This document shows, piece by piece, positions 9,941 to 19,795 of a stretch of DNA of 60,853 bases. The notes beneath the pieces are model-generated. The model made no database searches, was not told the DNA's origin, and saw only the letters and a list, made by a program, of their open reading frames with translations. The stretch is taken from IMG/VR virus record IMGVR_UViG_3300008108_004630. One strand, 5' to 3'. Numbering within the stretch: the stretch's first letter is position 1; every line of letters begins with the position of its first letter. Both the position numbers and the translations under genes were made by a program. The DNA comes from an uncultured virus (IMG/VR IMGVR_UViG_3300008108_004630) (taxonomy: Duplodnaviria; Heunggongvirae; Uroviricota; Caudoviricetes).

Positions 9941-10516
9941 GTGAATATAGACATATTTAATACAGATAAACGGTATTCGGTTATTTACGCCGATCCACCT
10001 TGGACATTTGAAACCTACTCAGAAGCTGGTGGAGATAGAAGTCCAGATTATAAGGTTATGACTTTGGAAGATATTAAAAATTTACCGATTAAGAAGATTG
10101 CGGCTCCTAACTCAATCTTATTTATGTGGGTAACTTTTCCTATCTTGGACAAAAGTTTCGAAGTAATGAAAGCGTGGGGATTTGAATATAAAACCTGTGC
10201 ATTTACTTGGGTAAAAACTAATAAAACAGCCAATCTTAAAGCCTTAGATGTAGATAAAGATATACGCATGAATCTAGGATATTACACTAGAGCTAACGCA
10301 GAACTATGTCTACTCGGTAGACGAGGTAAAACTTTAGAGCGTAAGGATAAAGGTGTTAGACAAGTAATCATATCTCAACAACGTGAGCATAGTAGAAAAC
10401 CTGATGAAGCCTATGACAGAATAGAAAGACTATTTGATGGCCCATATCTGGAAATGTTTGCAAGAACGCAAAGACCTGGATGGGACGTGTTTGGTAACCA
10501 AATTGACAAATTTTGA
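9941..10516 (+). CDS. MT-A70 family N6-adenine methyltransferase
   Basis: YADPPW, LFMWVT, AWGFEYKT, REHSRKP, LEMFAR...GWDVFGNQ. Confidence 0.93.
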   Translation: MNIDIFNTDKRYSVIYADPPWTFETYSEAGGDRSPDYKVMTLEDIKNLPIKKIAAPNSILFMWVTFPILDKSFEVMKAWGFEYKTCAFTWVKTNKTANLKALDVDKDIRMNLGYYTRANAELCLLGRRGKTLERKDKGVRQVIISQQREHSRKPDEAYDRIERLFDGPYLEMFARTQRPGWDVFGNQIDKF

Positions 10517-11177
10517 TTATTCCGTATGCAAAGAGGTAACAGCAGAAACTACCGAAAAAGGCAGGCTATATAAAACACCTGATGGTAGTTTTCCTAGCGT
10601 CACTACTATTTTAGGAAAAACGGCTAATAATATCTGGTTGCAACGCTGGAAAGATAAAGTAGGAGAAGAAGAGGCAGCGCGTGTATCTAAAGCTGCTACG
10701 GATCGTGGAGAGATAGTGCACAAATATCTAGAAAGATATTGGGATGGATCTAACTCTTGGGCAACTGATATTTTAAATGAAGAAATTACTACTCAGAAAA
10801 TGATTACTAATCTCATACAGGCTACACAAAAAGGCGTAACTAATGTTTGGGCACAAGAAATACCTGTTTGGTCTAAGCATTTGAGATATGCTGGACGAGT
10901 TGATATGTTTGGAGAGTGGAATAAAATTCCGGCAGTAATAGACTTTAAAACATCTAAAAAGAAAAAACAGATAAAAGATATTAAAGATTATTTTATACAG
11001 TGCACAGCATATGCTTACGCTCACAATGAAATTTTTAAAACAAACTTACAAAAAATAGTTGTTTTAATTACTGTGGAAAACGCAGATGTTCAAGTATTTG
11101 AATCACAAACTTTACCTTTCATCCCTGAGTTAAAATATAGAATTAATCAATACGAAAAATTACAGATTAGTTTATAA
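10503..11177 (+). CDS. PD-(D/E)XK exonuclease (phage/Cas4-like)
   Basis: PSVTTIL, RGEIVHKYLE, YAGRVD, IDFKTS, Q..AYA; TTG start inferred. Confidence 0.88.
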   Translation: MTNFDYSVCKEVTAETTEKGRLYKTPDGSFPSVTTILGKTANNIWLQRWKDKVGEEEAARVSKAATDRGEIVHKYLERYWDGSNSWATDILNEEITTQKMITNLIQATQKGVTNVWAQEIPVWSKHLRYAGRVDMFGEWNKIPAVIDFKTSKKKKQIKDIKDYFIQCTAYAYAHNEIFKTNLQKIVVLITVENADVQVFESQTLPFIPELKYRINQYEKLQISL

Positions 11178-11346
11178 AGACTAATGAAAACTCGTAGAAT
11201 ATCTAAACAACAACAAGAAGAATTACTACAAAAACCTTTAACTGATCCTCAAAGAGCATTTATTAAAAGTCTTGTAGTTTATCAAAGTAAATATCCACAG
11301 CTCAGCCAAAAACAATGGGAGACTTTTAAAAGTATATACAATAAAT

Positions 11347-11559
11347 ATGTCTAAAGAATTAATAGAAATAGACGGTAAAGTGCTAGAAGCATTACCTAAT
11401 GCAAATTTTAAAGTAGAAGTAAATGGGAATATCTTACTAGCTTACGTTAATGGAAAAATTAGAAAGAACAATATCAGAATATCTGTAGGGGATAGCGTGA
11501 AGGTAGAAGTAAGTCCTTACGACTTACATAGAGGTAGAATAATTTATAGAAATGGGTAA
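11347..11559 (+). CDS. infA: Translation initiation factor IF-1
   Basis: [18 protein letters not shown]...[33 protein letters not shown]. Confidence 0.96.
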   Translation: MSKELIEIDGKVLEALPNANFKVEVNGNILLAYVNGKIRKNNIRISVGDSVKVEVSPYDLHRGRIIYRNG

Positions 11560-11717
11560 ATATTCTATAGAAACTATACTAAAAAATAATCTAGCTCATG
11601 TCAGTAATACTTTTCCTACTGCACCACCAGTTAGTTCTAATACAGTATCTTATATTTTTACAGTAGACAATTCTAGTAATAAAAAGCTATTATAGCTATA
11701 AATCCCCGGAGGATAAA

Positions 11718-12065
11718 ATGGCATCATCTAAAGACGTAAAAAGACTTGGAGACGGTAAAATAGAATATAGAGGCACCGTCTTTCCTGGGTTTAATAAACC
11801 TCGTTCTTCTACTAAAGAAGATAAAAAACGTATGGTATTAGCCAAAAAAGGGGATGAAGTTAAAGTAGTTCATTTTGGTCAAAAAGGCTATGGACATAAC
11901 TACAGCCCAGATGCTAGAAAGAATTATCTAACTCGTAGTGCAGGAATTAGAGATAAGAGCGGACAACTAACTAAAGACGATAAATTCTCTCCTAACTATT
12001 GGGCTAGAAAAGTGTTATGGGCCGGGTCTGGTGGCTCTAAACTAAGTAATCCGAGAAAGAAATGA
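11718..12065 (+). CDS. Conserved basic viral protein
   Basis: VHFGQKGY...ARKNYLTR...SPNYWARKVLW; GGAGG RBS. Confidence 0.65.
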   Translation: MASSKDVKRLGDGKIEYRGTVFPGFNKPRSSTKEDKKRMVLAKKGDEVKVVHFGQKGYGHNYSPDARKNYLTRSAGIRDKSGQLTKDDKFSPNYWARKVLWAGSGGSKLSNPRKK

Positions 12066-12231
12066 AAAAAACAAAAAAACCTCGTATGTCTTCGGTAGAC
12101 AAAAGTTTAGGTGTAGGCGAAATAACTCCAACAACTAATGTCAGTAAATATAATATTGCTACCTACGATAAAGATATGGCTGCACAGACTCTTACAGGTT
12201 CTTATAAACCTGTTCGTCGTAAGAAGAAAAA

Positions 12232-12474
12232 ATGAAGAAAGTTCCTGCTGAAACTGTAGACGGTAAAAGAGTTATTAAAAGATATCTTGGATCCCTTAAA
12301 GGTCAGTCAAGAAAAGAGAGAGCTAAGGAAGTAGTTGCTAGACGAGAGCAAGCTAGATCTGGTAATTACTCTTATCAACCTTTTAAAACAGATGAGGGCG
12401 TTGAGACTAAGCCAAGTAAATATACTTTGGCATATCAAAAACGCTACGGTAAGAAAAATGGCGCTAAAAAATAA
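12232..12474 (+). CDS. Small basic viral protein
   Basis: K/R-rich, TD..VETKPSKYT motif. Confidence 0.6.
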   Translation: MKKVPAETVDGKRVIKRYLGSLKGQSRKERAKEVVARREQARSGNYSYQPFKTDEGVETKPSKYTLAYQKRYGKKNGAKK

Positions 12475-12706
12475 ACCACAAGATAAAGGCTTAGCTGGTA
12501 AAGCTAAAGAATCTAAAATACCTAAAAGTATTTTAGAGCAGGTATATCGTAGAGGTGCTGCTGCTTGGGCAACAGGTCACCGTCCAGGTGCTACAAGAGA
12601 GCAATGGGCATATGCTAGAGTTAATAGCTTTATTACCAAAGGTAAAACTTATTACACAGCAGATGCTGATTTAGCTAAAAAAGCTAGAACTGCAAAGAAA
12701 AAATAA
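12458..12706 (+). CDS. Small basic viral protein (DUF5824-like)
   Basis: VYRRGAAAWATGHRPGATREQWAYARVNSF. Confidence 0.65.
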   Translation: MALKNKPQDKGLAGKAKESKIPKSILEQVYRRGAAAWATGHRPGATREQWAYARVNSFITKGKTYYTADADLAKKARTAKKK

Positions 12707-12711
12707 CTCTA

Positions 12712-14589
12712 CTATTTACTAGTAGCTCTGTAAACCCCGTCCCAGTTAGCTGGTGGCGGGGTTTTTGTATACTCACGACAACGATCCATCATCATTTCGT
12801 AGTATGATTTCATATCGCCTTTAAATGCTTTCGTTAATCTTTCGCACAATACGGTAGCACTAGTGAAGTTTTTATTTCTATAATAATCTAACATATCGTT
12901 ATGATCTTTTCTTGCATAAGAAAAACCTAAATCATCTATCTCTTTATTAGTGCCTAAAACAGTATAGATATTAACTCCTTGTTTTTTACCTTTTACCGCA
13001 ATAGTGTCCAGTTCTAATATAAAATATTCATCTGAAACATACTCTGCAGTTTTCGGACCAACTACTAATTTGACTCCATACGGTTTGCTTTGTCCTTCGA
13101 GACGACTAGCAAGGTTGACAGCATCACCGAGGCAAGTATAATCGAAACGTTGATCGCTGGCCATGTTTCCAACAACAACCATACCGGTATTGATACCAAG
13201 GCCCATGCCAAAAGGAGGGACGCCTTCAGCCGCAATACTTCTGTTGAATTCATCTAAATCTCCTAACATACTTAAAGCTGTTTTAACCGCATTCTTGGCG
13301 TGCTGCTTGTCATCAAGCGGCGCATTCCAAAATGCCATCTGTGCATCGCCAATATACTTATCAAGCGTTCCTTCATTCTCAAGAATTTTTGCAGTCATCG
13401 CTGTCATATAGCGATTCATGATTTGGGTTAATCCTTGAACATTCTCACCATAGTGTTCGCTGATAGAGGTAAACCCACGAACGTCTGTGAACATGATTGA
13501 CAGCTCTCTGCTATCTCCGCCAAGCTTTAATAGCTCTGGATTCTTCTGGAGTTTTTCCGGGACTAGTAGTATAACTACCCCCCATACTCCTACGAGTAGT
13601 TTATTTCCTTTATCAGCAACTAGAGCACTGACTGCTATCAACATACAGAAAAATAAAAGCTCAGTTAAATCTGCCCAATAAGGTCTAGTTATTTTATTAT
13701 CGTTCCATAGAGTTTCCCACGCAGCTAAACTAACTTCGTGACCTAATTTAGTACCTGCAGGAGTTGCGATAGTATTAGTAATTCCTTCTACGTTTATAGC
13801 TAAAATAGCTATTTTACCTGTCAAGTCTCCCCAAGATTCCTCTTTCCAACTTTTAATAGGCCAGGTCCAAGACCAATCTATCCATAACTCTCCGCGCTTA
13901 TCTGGTTCTATGGAAAAATTCTTATTGATATATATGCTAGATAATCCCGCCTCAGTAACTTTTGCTCTATAATTTTTAGCCCCATGTATTACTCTTGCTA
14001 TTTCTAAAGGTAAAGAAGGATAGAACTTATCACCAACCATTAACACTAAAGGTATTTTTCTAGTTACTCCATCTAGTTCTGGGACTGTAGTAATCATACC
14101 CATACCTTGAGCTGTTTTAGATATTTCAGAAATACTACCTATTCCGTTTTGATACCTATAAAACCATTGTTCTTCTGTATTTCCTACGATAGCAAAACCC
14201 CTAGTTACTAGATCTCCTTTCCCTTTTAAAGAAGCAGATTGCGTTCCTATGACTTTACTATTTGTTATAACCTCTTTAAGTATTTCATCTTTATTAAATC
14301 TATCTTTTTCTGCAAAAAGCGGATATAGAACTACAATCTCAGCTCCATGATCTACAGCTTTTTTAATACCATCTGCTATTAAATCTCTTGGCCAAGGCCA
14401 TTGACCTTGTTGCTCTATTGTAGGCTCATCAATTTCTATTATTACGGCTGTTTCACTAGTTTTAGTATCATTTAAAGTTAATAACTGATCAAATCCTTTG
14501 AGTTTTAAAATTTCTACTATATTAGGCTCGTATATCTTTATACCGATACCTATTGCGATTGTTAGTAAAGTAATGATTACTTTTTTCAT
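12712..14589 (-). CDS. CHASE2-domain class III adenylate/guanylate cyclase (apparent internal in-frame deletion)
   Basis: IDE..GQWPWPRD CHASE2; MFTDVRGFT, DKYIGDA, GLGINTG, DYTCLGDAVNLASRLEG catalytic motifs. Confidence 0.92.
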   Translation of the reverse strand: MKKVIITLLTIAIGIGIKIYEPNIVEILKLKGFDQLLTLNDTKTSETAVIIEIDEPTIEQQGQWPWPRDLIADGIKKAVDHGAEIVVLYPLFAEKDRFNKDEILKEVITNSKVIGTQSASLKGKGDLVTRGFAIVGNTEEQWFYRYQNGIGSISEISKTAQGMGMITTVPELDGVTRKIPLVLMVGDKFYPSLPLEIARVIHGAKNYRAKVTEAGLSSIYINKNFSIEPDKRGELWIDWSWTWPIKSWKEESWGDLTGKIAILAINVEGITNTIATPAGTKLGHEVSLAAWETLWNDNKITRPYWADLTELLFFCMLIAVSALVADKGNKLLVGVWGVVILLVPEKLQKNPELLKLGGDSRELSIMFTDVRGFTSISEHYGENVQGLTQIMNRYMTAMTAKILENEGTLDKYIGDAQMAFWNAPLDDKQHAKNAVKTALSMLGDLDEFNRSIAAEGVPPFGMGLGINTGMVVVGNMASDQRFDYTCLGDAVNLASRLEGQSKPYGVKLVVGPKTAEYVSDEYFILELDTIAVKGKKQGVNIYTVLGTNKEIDDLGFSYARKDHNDMLDYYRNKNFTSATVLCERLTKAFKGDMKSYYEMMMDRCREYTKTPPPANWDGVYRATSK

Positions 14590-15635
14590 TTTTGCTTAAC
14601 CTTTAAAATACTGTTGGATTGCATATTTCCAGCTACAAACGCAGCAGAGATACCATCGCCATTGTATTCGATTTTTAATCCATAATCTTTATTAACTTTT
14701 ACAGAAAATATAGAAATATCTAATCTTTGGGTTAATACGGTAGTGTCTTCTACTACTGTATTAATTTGTGTAGTTGGATTATATCCAGTCACTTGACCAT
14801 CTCGTTCACTAAAATTATCAAAAATTGAATCTATATTGTTTAATCTAGTATTGAAAAAATCAGACTTTAGTAGGTCTACATTCAGTTCTTCAAATTTAAG
14901 AGGATCTTTATCCAGCATATTTACGTCTACAAATTTAAGGTCAAAATCCAATGGACCTTGTTCTTTTTCGACATTAGAAACTGTTTCTACAGATTTCGGC
15001 ATGGACAGCAGTAAATCATTATTTATTACTCTGCCTAACATATTAAGAATAAGTGGATTTGAAGGCGGACTAGAGCTGCTAGTCACTATAGTAGCTTGAT
15101 AGCTTCTATTTAGAATAACGCTTGCAACGTCTGTGCTAACGGTAATTTCTCCTGTGCTTCCATCTTGGTTAGGTAAAAGCATAATCAAACTTTTACCTAA
15201 CTCATTGACACTCATAGAAAATTCTGTACCTCTAACTGCTATAGAAGCAGTAGGAGTTCTAACATCTACAGCTCCTACTTTTTTTGCTAAAAGTCCGCTT
15301 GCATATTGTACAGTGCCAGAAGATACTTTCATAGATAATTTTGCTAAATCTCTAGAAGGATCAAAAACATACTCATCTATTTCTAAGTCACTATGCTCAG
15401 TTACACTAACGTGGGTTTTGTCAATAAAATCTATCCTAACCTTTGAATTTTTAGTAGAGATAGTGTCCATAGATTCGATACCGTCTCGAATGCCTATAGG
15501 TTGTTCTTTTTTATTTCTTGTAACAGACGCCTGTCCGTTAAGCTCTGTTACATCTCCTATTCTTGCTTCAGTCTGTTTGAGATACAGTAACTGACTGATT
15601 ATTACCGTTAGTAGTAATATTGATAATTTTTGCAT
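14586..15635 (-). CDS. Exported FecR-domain protein
   Basis: Signal peptide; VRTPTASIAVRGTEF FecR signature. Confidence 0.85.
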   Translation of the reverse strand: MQKLSILLLTVIISQLLYLKQTEARIGDVTELNGQASVTRNKKEQPIGIRDGIESMDTISTKNSKVRIDFIDKTHVSVTEHSDLEIDEYVFDPSRDLAKLSMKVSSGTVQYASGLLAKKVGAVDVRTPTASIAVRGTEFSMSVNELGKSLIMLLPNQDGSTGEITVSTDVASVILNRSYQATIVTSSSSPPSNPLILNMLGRVINNDLLLSMPKSVETVSNVEKEQGPLDFDLKFVDVNMLDKDPLKFEELNVDLLKSDFFNTRLNNIDSIFDNFSERDGQVTGYNPTTQINTVVEDTTVLTQRLDISIFSVKVNKDYGLKIEYNGDGISAAFVAGNMQSNSILKVKQK

Positions 15636-16221
15636 TGGTTCCGCTCTGGCTAAAACTAAAAGTTCCAGTATCTCCTGTATGGTTATGTGTTATTTTATGC
15701 GCTCCAGCTCCTGATTGATTGGTTGTTATAGTATTTGTGCTACCTGTTACGGTAAGAGTAAGTTCTGTATTACTACTAGATATAGTATTAGTAATACTAT
15801 TACTGTCTCCGAAGATTGTTATACCTACAGTATTTATACCGCCAGTTATAGTAGATTCTATAGTATTACTACTACCAGTAATGTCTAGGGTATATTCATT
15901 AGTGCTACTATCTTGTCCGTTACTGCCTATTTCAAGAGTAACTGAATTAGAATCACCTGTTTTTGTAATAGATATCGTATTTGTATCTCCATAAACTGCA
16001 AAATCTAAAGAGTTACTGTTTCCAATTTGATTGACACTAATAGTATTGGTAGTACCGTTAATTATCGAAGGACTACTAGAAGTTCCAATTCTATTAGTTG
16101 CTCCATCTTGAGTAATAGAACCTGAGAATCCAGCGCCTGATTGTTCTATATATAGAACGTTACTTTGTCCATAAGCATGAGTGCTTAATAAGATCATTAA
16201 AATAGTATATAATTTTTTCAT
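15568..16221 (-). CDS. Curlin-like repeat protein (CsgA/CsgB-like)
   Basis: Signal peptide, repeated Q-x-G-x-x-N / G-x-x-N-x-I beta-solenoid units, adjacent to csgG. Confidence 0.75.
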   Translation of the reverse strand: MKKLYTILMILLSTHAYGQSNVLYIEQSGAGFSGSITQDGATNRIGTSSSPSIINGTTNTISVNQIGNSNSLDFAVYGDTNTISITKTGDSNSVTLEIGSNGQDSSTNEYTLDITGSSNTIESTITGGINTVGITIFGDSNSITNTISSSNTELTLTVTGSTNTITTNQSGAGAHKITHNHTGDTGTFSFSQSGTNAKIINITTNGNNQSVTVSQTD

Positions 16222-16991
16222 TCTGACATTCTCCAAAGCCCCTTTCTTGCACCTTCTTGAATTAGTTCTACTACTCCAGCTTCAATCGCTGCTCTGACAG
16301 CATAGTTTACAGGCTCATTTGTAGCTAAACCAGTTTCTATTTCTACGGCTCGAGTTCCTGCATCTACAAATTTAAAAACATCTATACCTACAGCAGAGCT
16401 AAGTATGGTTTTACTTGTAGCTACGTTAAGCAGCACTTCTCCTGTTTGAACACTAATTAGTCTCATTACTATAGTTACTTGGTCCTGTCTATATTGTGTT
16501 GAAGGACCTATACCTAAATATCTCGCTCCTATTCCACCGCTTATCGTATTTACGTCATATCCTATAATTCCACCTTCTAATATAAGAGATGCGAATACTA
16601 AAGGTCTTAGTGGCTTAGCATCCTTACCTTCGTATTGTTCTCTGGTTTGCCTGATTAATTGTCTTTCTCTAGTTAGGTTTTCTAACCCTACTCTTTCTAC
16701 AACTTTAAACCAGCTACCGTTACCAGCATCTTGAAGTGCTTTTATAAGCCAAGTTTCGGCTCCCTGCGTAACAGCGCTACTTAGATGAGCTACTACTTCG
16801 CTTGGACGTCTCTGTCCTGTTTTATCTGAAAATTGATATACTGCTATATAAAAAGGAGCTTCTGTAGATAAAGGACTATTAACTATAGTTAGTTTTTTAA
16901 CTACAGATTCATTTATTGATATAGGCTCTTCTACATTAGGAGGTATACATGCTGTTAACAATAAAAAACCTACTAAGCAAATCTTTTTCAT
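16218..16991 (-). CDS. csgG: Curli secretion channel CsgG/HfaB family lipoprotein
   Basis: Lipobox LTAC; AVYQFSDKTGQRRP, SSAVTQGA, WFKVVERVGLENLTRERQLIR, LEGGIIGYD. Confidence 0.93.
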   Translation of the reverse strand: MKKICLVGFLLLTACIPPNVEEPISINESVVKKLTIVNSPLSTEAPFYIAVYQFSDKTGQRRPSEVVAHLSSAVTQGAETWLIKALQDAGNGSWFKVVERVGLENLTRERQLIRQTREQYEGKDAKPLRPLVFASLILEGGIIGYDVNTISGGIGARYLGIGPSTQYRQDQVTIVMRLISVQTGEVLLNVATSKTILSSAVGIDVFKFVDAGTRAVEIETGLATNEPVNYAVRAAIEAGVVELIQEGARKGLWRMSE

Positions 16992-17431
16992 TAAAAAGCC
17001 CCTAGAGGTATAGTTATAACAGTAGTATTACCTTTATCGTCTACTACATTTAATGTAATGTTAGAGCCGTCATTGTTAAAACTTACGCTAGCTCCTCCTA
17101 TTACAACGGTTCCCGATGACGATCCGGTGCCGTCGAACATCTTATCGACAACATCTTTAGATATTTGAGCGTATATTCTAGCTTCAACATTTCTTAAAAA
17201 CTTCTGAAGATTACTCTGTTCAAGTTTACTTTCTAACTCTTTTCTAATTTTTTCTTGTTCATCTTTTATTTATTGTTTTCTTTGCTCTTCCACTTGTTCA
17301 ATTGCAAATACGTGGCTAGAATAGTTAACTCCGCTAAAAGCCGGATTTTTAAATTTAAAATTTAATTCACTAGCTTTAGCGGAGTAACTCAGCATTAATA
17401 TAACGAATAAAAATACATTTTTATTTATCAC
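16991..17431 (-). pseudogene. csgF: CsgF-like curli assembly protein with one in-frame TAA
   Basis: Manual translation: signal peptide, SELNFKFKNPAFSG..., F..NVEARIYAQIS; TAA at codon 54 (17272-17270), frame stays open to the stop overlapping csgG ATG. Confidence 0.8.
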
Positions 17432-17446
17432 TAAATACCTTTCTAA

Positions 17447-19339
17447 TTAGAACATTATTCTTATCTGTGCTCCAATAATGTTATTTACCACATCTTCTTT
17501 CTCTTGTATTGCATACTTTAGCATAATAGAAGAATTTTCGTCTATAGCATAAGAGAATCCAGCAAAAGCTGATTTTGCTTTACTGGTTTCAATCATGCCC
17601 TCTATAACACCAGTCATATCTTGAATGATGTCTTGTTCAAATCTAATACCGCCGTGACCAGTAACTTCAAAGTCACTTCTACCAGCATGTCTTACTGCCG
17701 TAAGATTTGGGCCAGTTTCAAATACACTGTCTCTATAATCGTATTCAAACTTTAAACCTGCAAATGGTCTAAATCCGTAGTTATCTGGCGTATAAAGTCT
17801 ATTTACAAACCAAGTATCATAGCCTTTTGTAGAAGCTGTGTTCAGTAAGTTTAGACCGCGCATGAAATGTGATGTTTCAAACTCATTGTATGCTACACCA
17901 AAATTTGTTTTTAGTATCCAATCATCTTCTACTTTTAAAGCAAATATGTCAAATGAATACTTCTTTAGTTCTCCAGAAGACGCATCACCGCTTAGATCTG
18001 TAACCGCACCATTTAATTGAATGCCAAATAATAATGAATCATTATGTTTTTGTTCATACCCAATACCAAAAACATTTGTCGTGTAGCTATATGTGTCTTT
18101 GGTGCCAGAACGAAGAGAGTATCCTGTAATATAAGCTTGAGAATCCTTGTTTACAGGACCCCTTGTTATGATCTTATTACCAAATACTTTATTTCTTGCC
18201 AATGGATCAGCTAGTGAATTTTCATTTTGAAGAGTGCTAATTTTGTCAAGTTTTGCTAACTGATCAATTCTAGTAGTGAAAAGTTGATTATCTTGTGTGG
18301 TGACTACTTCATTAGCCACAGAAGTCCCGGTTAATATTTCATTGACAACTGTCGTTGAGGTCGTTGCTGTTCCGTTTACAGTCGTAATAGATCCGTCACT
18401 CCATGTTTGAATTGTAGTTGGTGTTGTGCTTGTTACTACTGTGATAGGTGTTGTGTGCGTTGTTACTGTGGTGATCGGTGTTGTTGCAACTGTAGTGATG
18501 TTGCGATTTACCGTGAGCGTTGGGTCTTGTCTTGTGCCTGTGAATGTAGTTGTAGGAACATAAGCTGTTGTTCCTCTTGTGTTTGACACAGTAGTTGTCG
18601 TAGTGCCGCGGCTTGATGATTCTGAAACGATTGGTGTTCCAGCAACTTGACTTACAATAGTTGGTGTAGGATTGCCTGCAGATGCACCTTCTGCTGGTGT
18701 TGCTAGTGTTGTGAATCCAGCTGAGCTTGGTATTGTACATGACGCAACAGCAATCGTTGTGTCAGCACATGGACCAGCATAAATGCCAAGCTGTACAGAA
18801 CTACCATTGCTTACATGATTACCCGACACTTCAAATGTAATCGTATATGTTGTGCCTGCTAGTAGGCTAATTCCTTGATAGATACCGTCAAATGTTCCGA
18901 CAGCTCCATCATACCAAACACCGCCGTGTGATCCGCCGATGTCGTTCCAAGTGCCAGCAGCTGCTGGATACGTGCCGTTTTGATACCACACACCCCAGTT
19001 TGTTGGTGCTTGAATTGTTCCCGGTCCATTACTTGTGGTGATGTTGATTGCACCACCAGTTGTGAATGCTCCGTTTGTCAATAGATTTACGGTAGATCCT
19101 GATTCTGTTAACGACACGTTGTCAAATGTCCAGAATGCAGGATCTTGTCTGAACGCAAAACCGACATAGTTTGTTCCTGAGATATTTGGTGTAAAAGAAT
19201 ATGAATAAGTCTGCCAGGTATTTGGCGTATTGTTAGTAACTGTTCCAACATATCCTGAAGGAAGAGTTTGTGAAAAAGCGATTGCTGATATTAATAAGCT
19301 TGCAGTTGTTAATAATTTAAATAATTTACGGCTTTTCAT
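17447..19339 (-). CDS. Autotransporter-like outer membrane protein
   Basis: Signal peptide, beta-rich passenger, Thr-rich linker, C-terminal amphipathic beta strands ending in Phe. Confidence 0.7.
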   Translation of the reverse strand: MKSRKLFKLLTTASLLISAIAFSQTLPSGYVGTVTNNTPNTWQTYSYSFTPNISGTNYVGFAFRQDPAFWTFDNVSLTESGSTVNLLTNGAFTTGGAINITTSNGPGTIQAPTNWGVWYQNGTYPAAAGTWNDIGGSHGGVWYDGAVGTFDGIYQGISLLAGTTYTITFEVSGNHVSNGSSVQLGIYAGPCADTTIAVASCTIPSSAGFTTLATPAEGASAGNPTPTIVSQVAGTPIVSESSSRGTTTTTVSNTRGTTAYVPTTTFTGTRQDPTLTVNRNITTVATTPITTVTTHTTPITVVTSTTPTTIQTWSDGSITTVNGTATTSTTVVNEILTGTSVANEVVTTQDNQLFTTRIDQLAKLDKISTLQNENSLADPLARNKVFGNKIITRGPVNKDSQAYITGYSLRSGTKDTYSYTTNVFGIGYEQKHNDSLLFGIQLNGAVTDLSGDASSGELKKYSFDIFALKVEDDWILKTNFGVAYNEFETSHFMRGLNLLNTASTKGYDTWFVNRLYTPDNYGFRPFAGLKFEYDYRDSVFETGPNLTAVRHAGRSDFEVTGHGGIRFEQDIIQDMTGVIEGMIETSKAKSAFAGFSYAIDENSSIMLKYAIQEKEDVVNNIIGAQIRIMF

Positions 19340-19568
19340 TCCTTTCCTTTAGCATTAATACTATGTTAATCTTTTGATTAAGTCTTATTAAATCGTTATC
19401 TAACATTCTGACACGATCTATTAATGCTATCAATACAGTATTAGCTTCTGATAGAACAGGTTTAATTTCTGCCGTTGCCCATTTCCAAACGTAAAAAATA
19501 AGGTAACCCATACCGCCTGCAGCAACAATGGGAAATCCATATTTATTAATAAGTTGAACCATATCCAT
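19326..19568 (-). CDS. Small membrane protein (holin-like), paralog 1
   Basis: YGFPIVAAGGMGY TM segment plus coiled coil. Confidence 0.65.
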   Translation of the reverse strand: MDMVQLINKYGFPIVAAGGMGYLIFYVWKWATAEIKPVLSEANTVLIALIDRVRMLDNDLIRLNQKINIVLMLKERNEKP

Positions 19569-19570
19569 AG

Positions 19571-19795
19571 TTAATCCTTCACTTTTTTAAATACAGTATT
19601 ACCCTGAATTACTGTTAATTCAAATTTATCACCTTCTTTCCAAGGTAAAGTTTGTTGTATCCTACTATTATTTTGATTGGGCATTAAAACTAACTCTTCG
19701 TCTAATACTAGAGAGCTATTTGATATTTGTATATTATAACCTAAGTAAAACACCTTAGTCCTTTCTAGCGTCGTTTTTACCGTCCGCTCTTGCAA
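19571..19795 (-). CDS. Hypothetical protein (AbrB-like C-terminus)
   Basis: LPWKEGDKFELTV pattern. Confidence 0.4.
   Translation of the reverse strand: MQERTVKTTLERTKVFYLGYNIQISNSSLVLDEELVLMPNQNNSRIQQTLPWKEGDKFELTVIQGNTVFKKVKD

Noticed and set aside
10503..11177. Cas4 of a CRISPR system
   Set aside because: Lacks the Fe-S cysteines and cas context; ordinary phage exonuclease
13163..15994. Plus-strand ORFs antisense to cyclase, FecR and curlin genes
   Set aside because: Shadow ORFs of well-supported minus-strand genes
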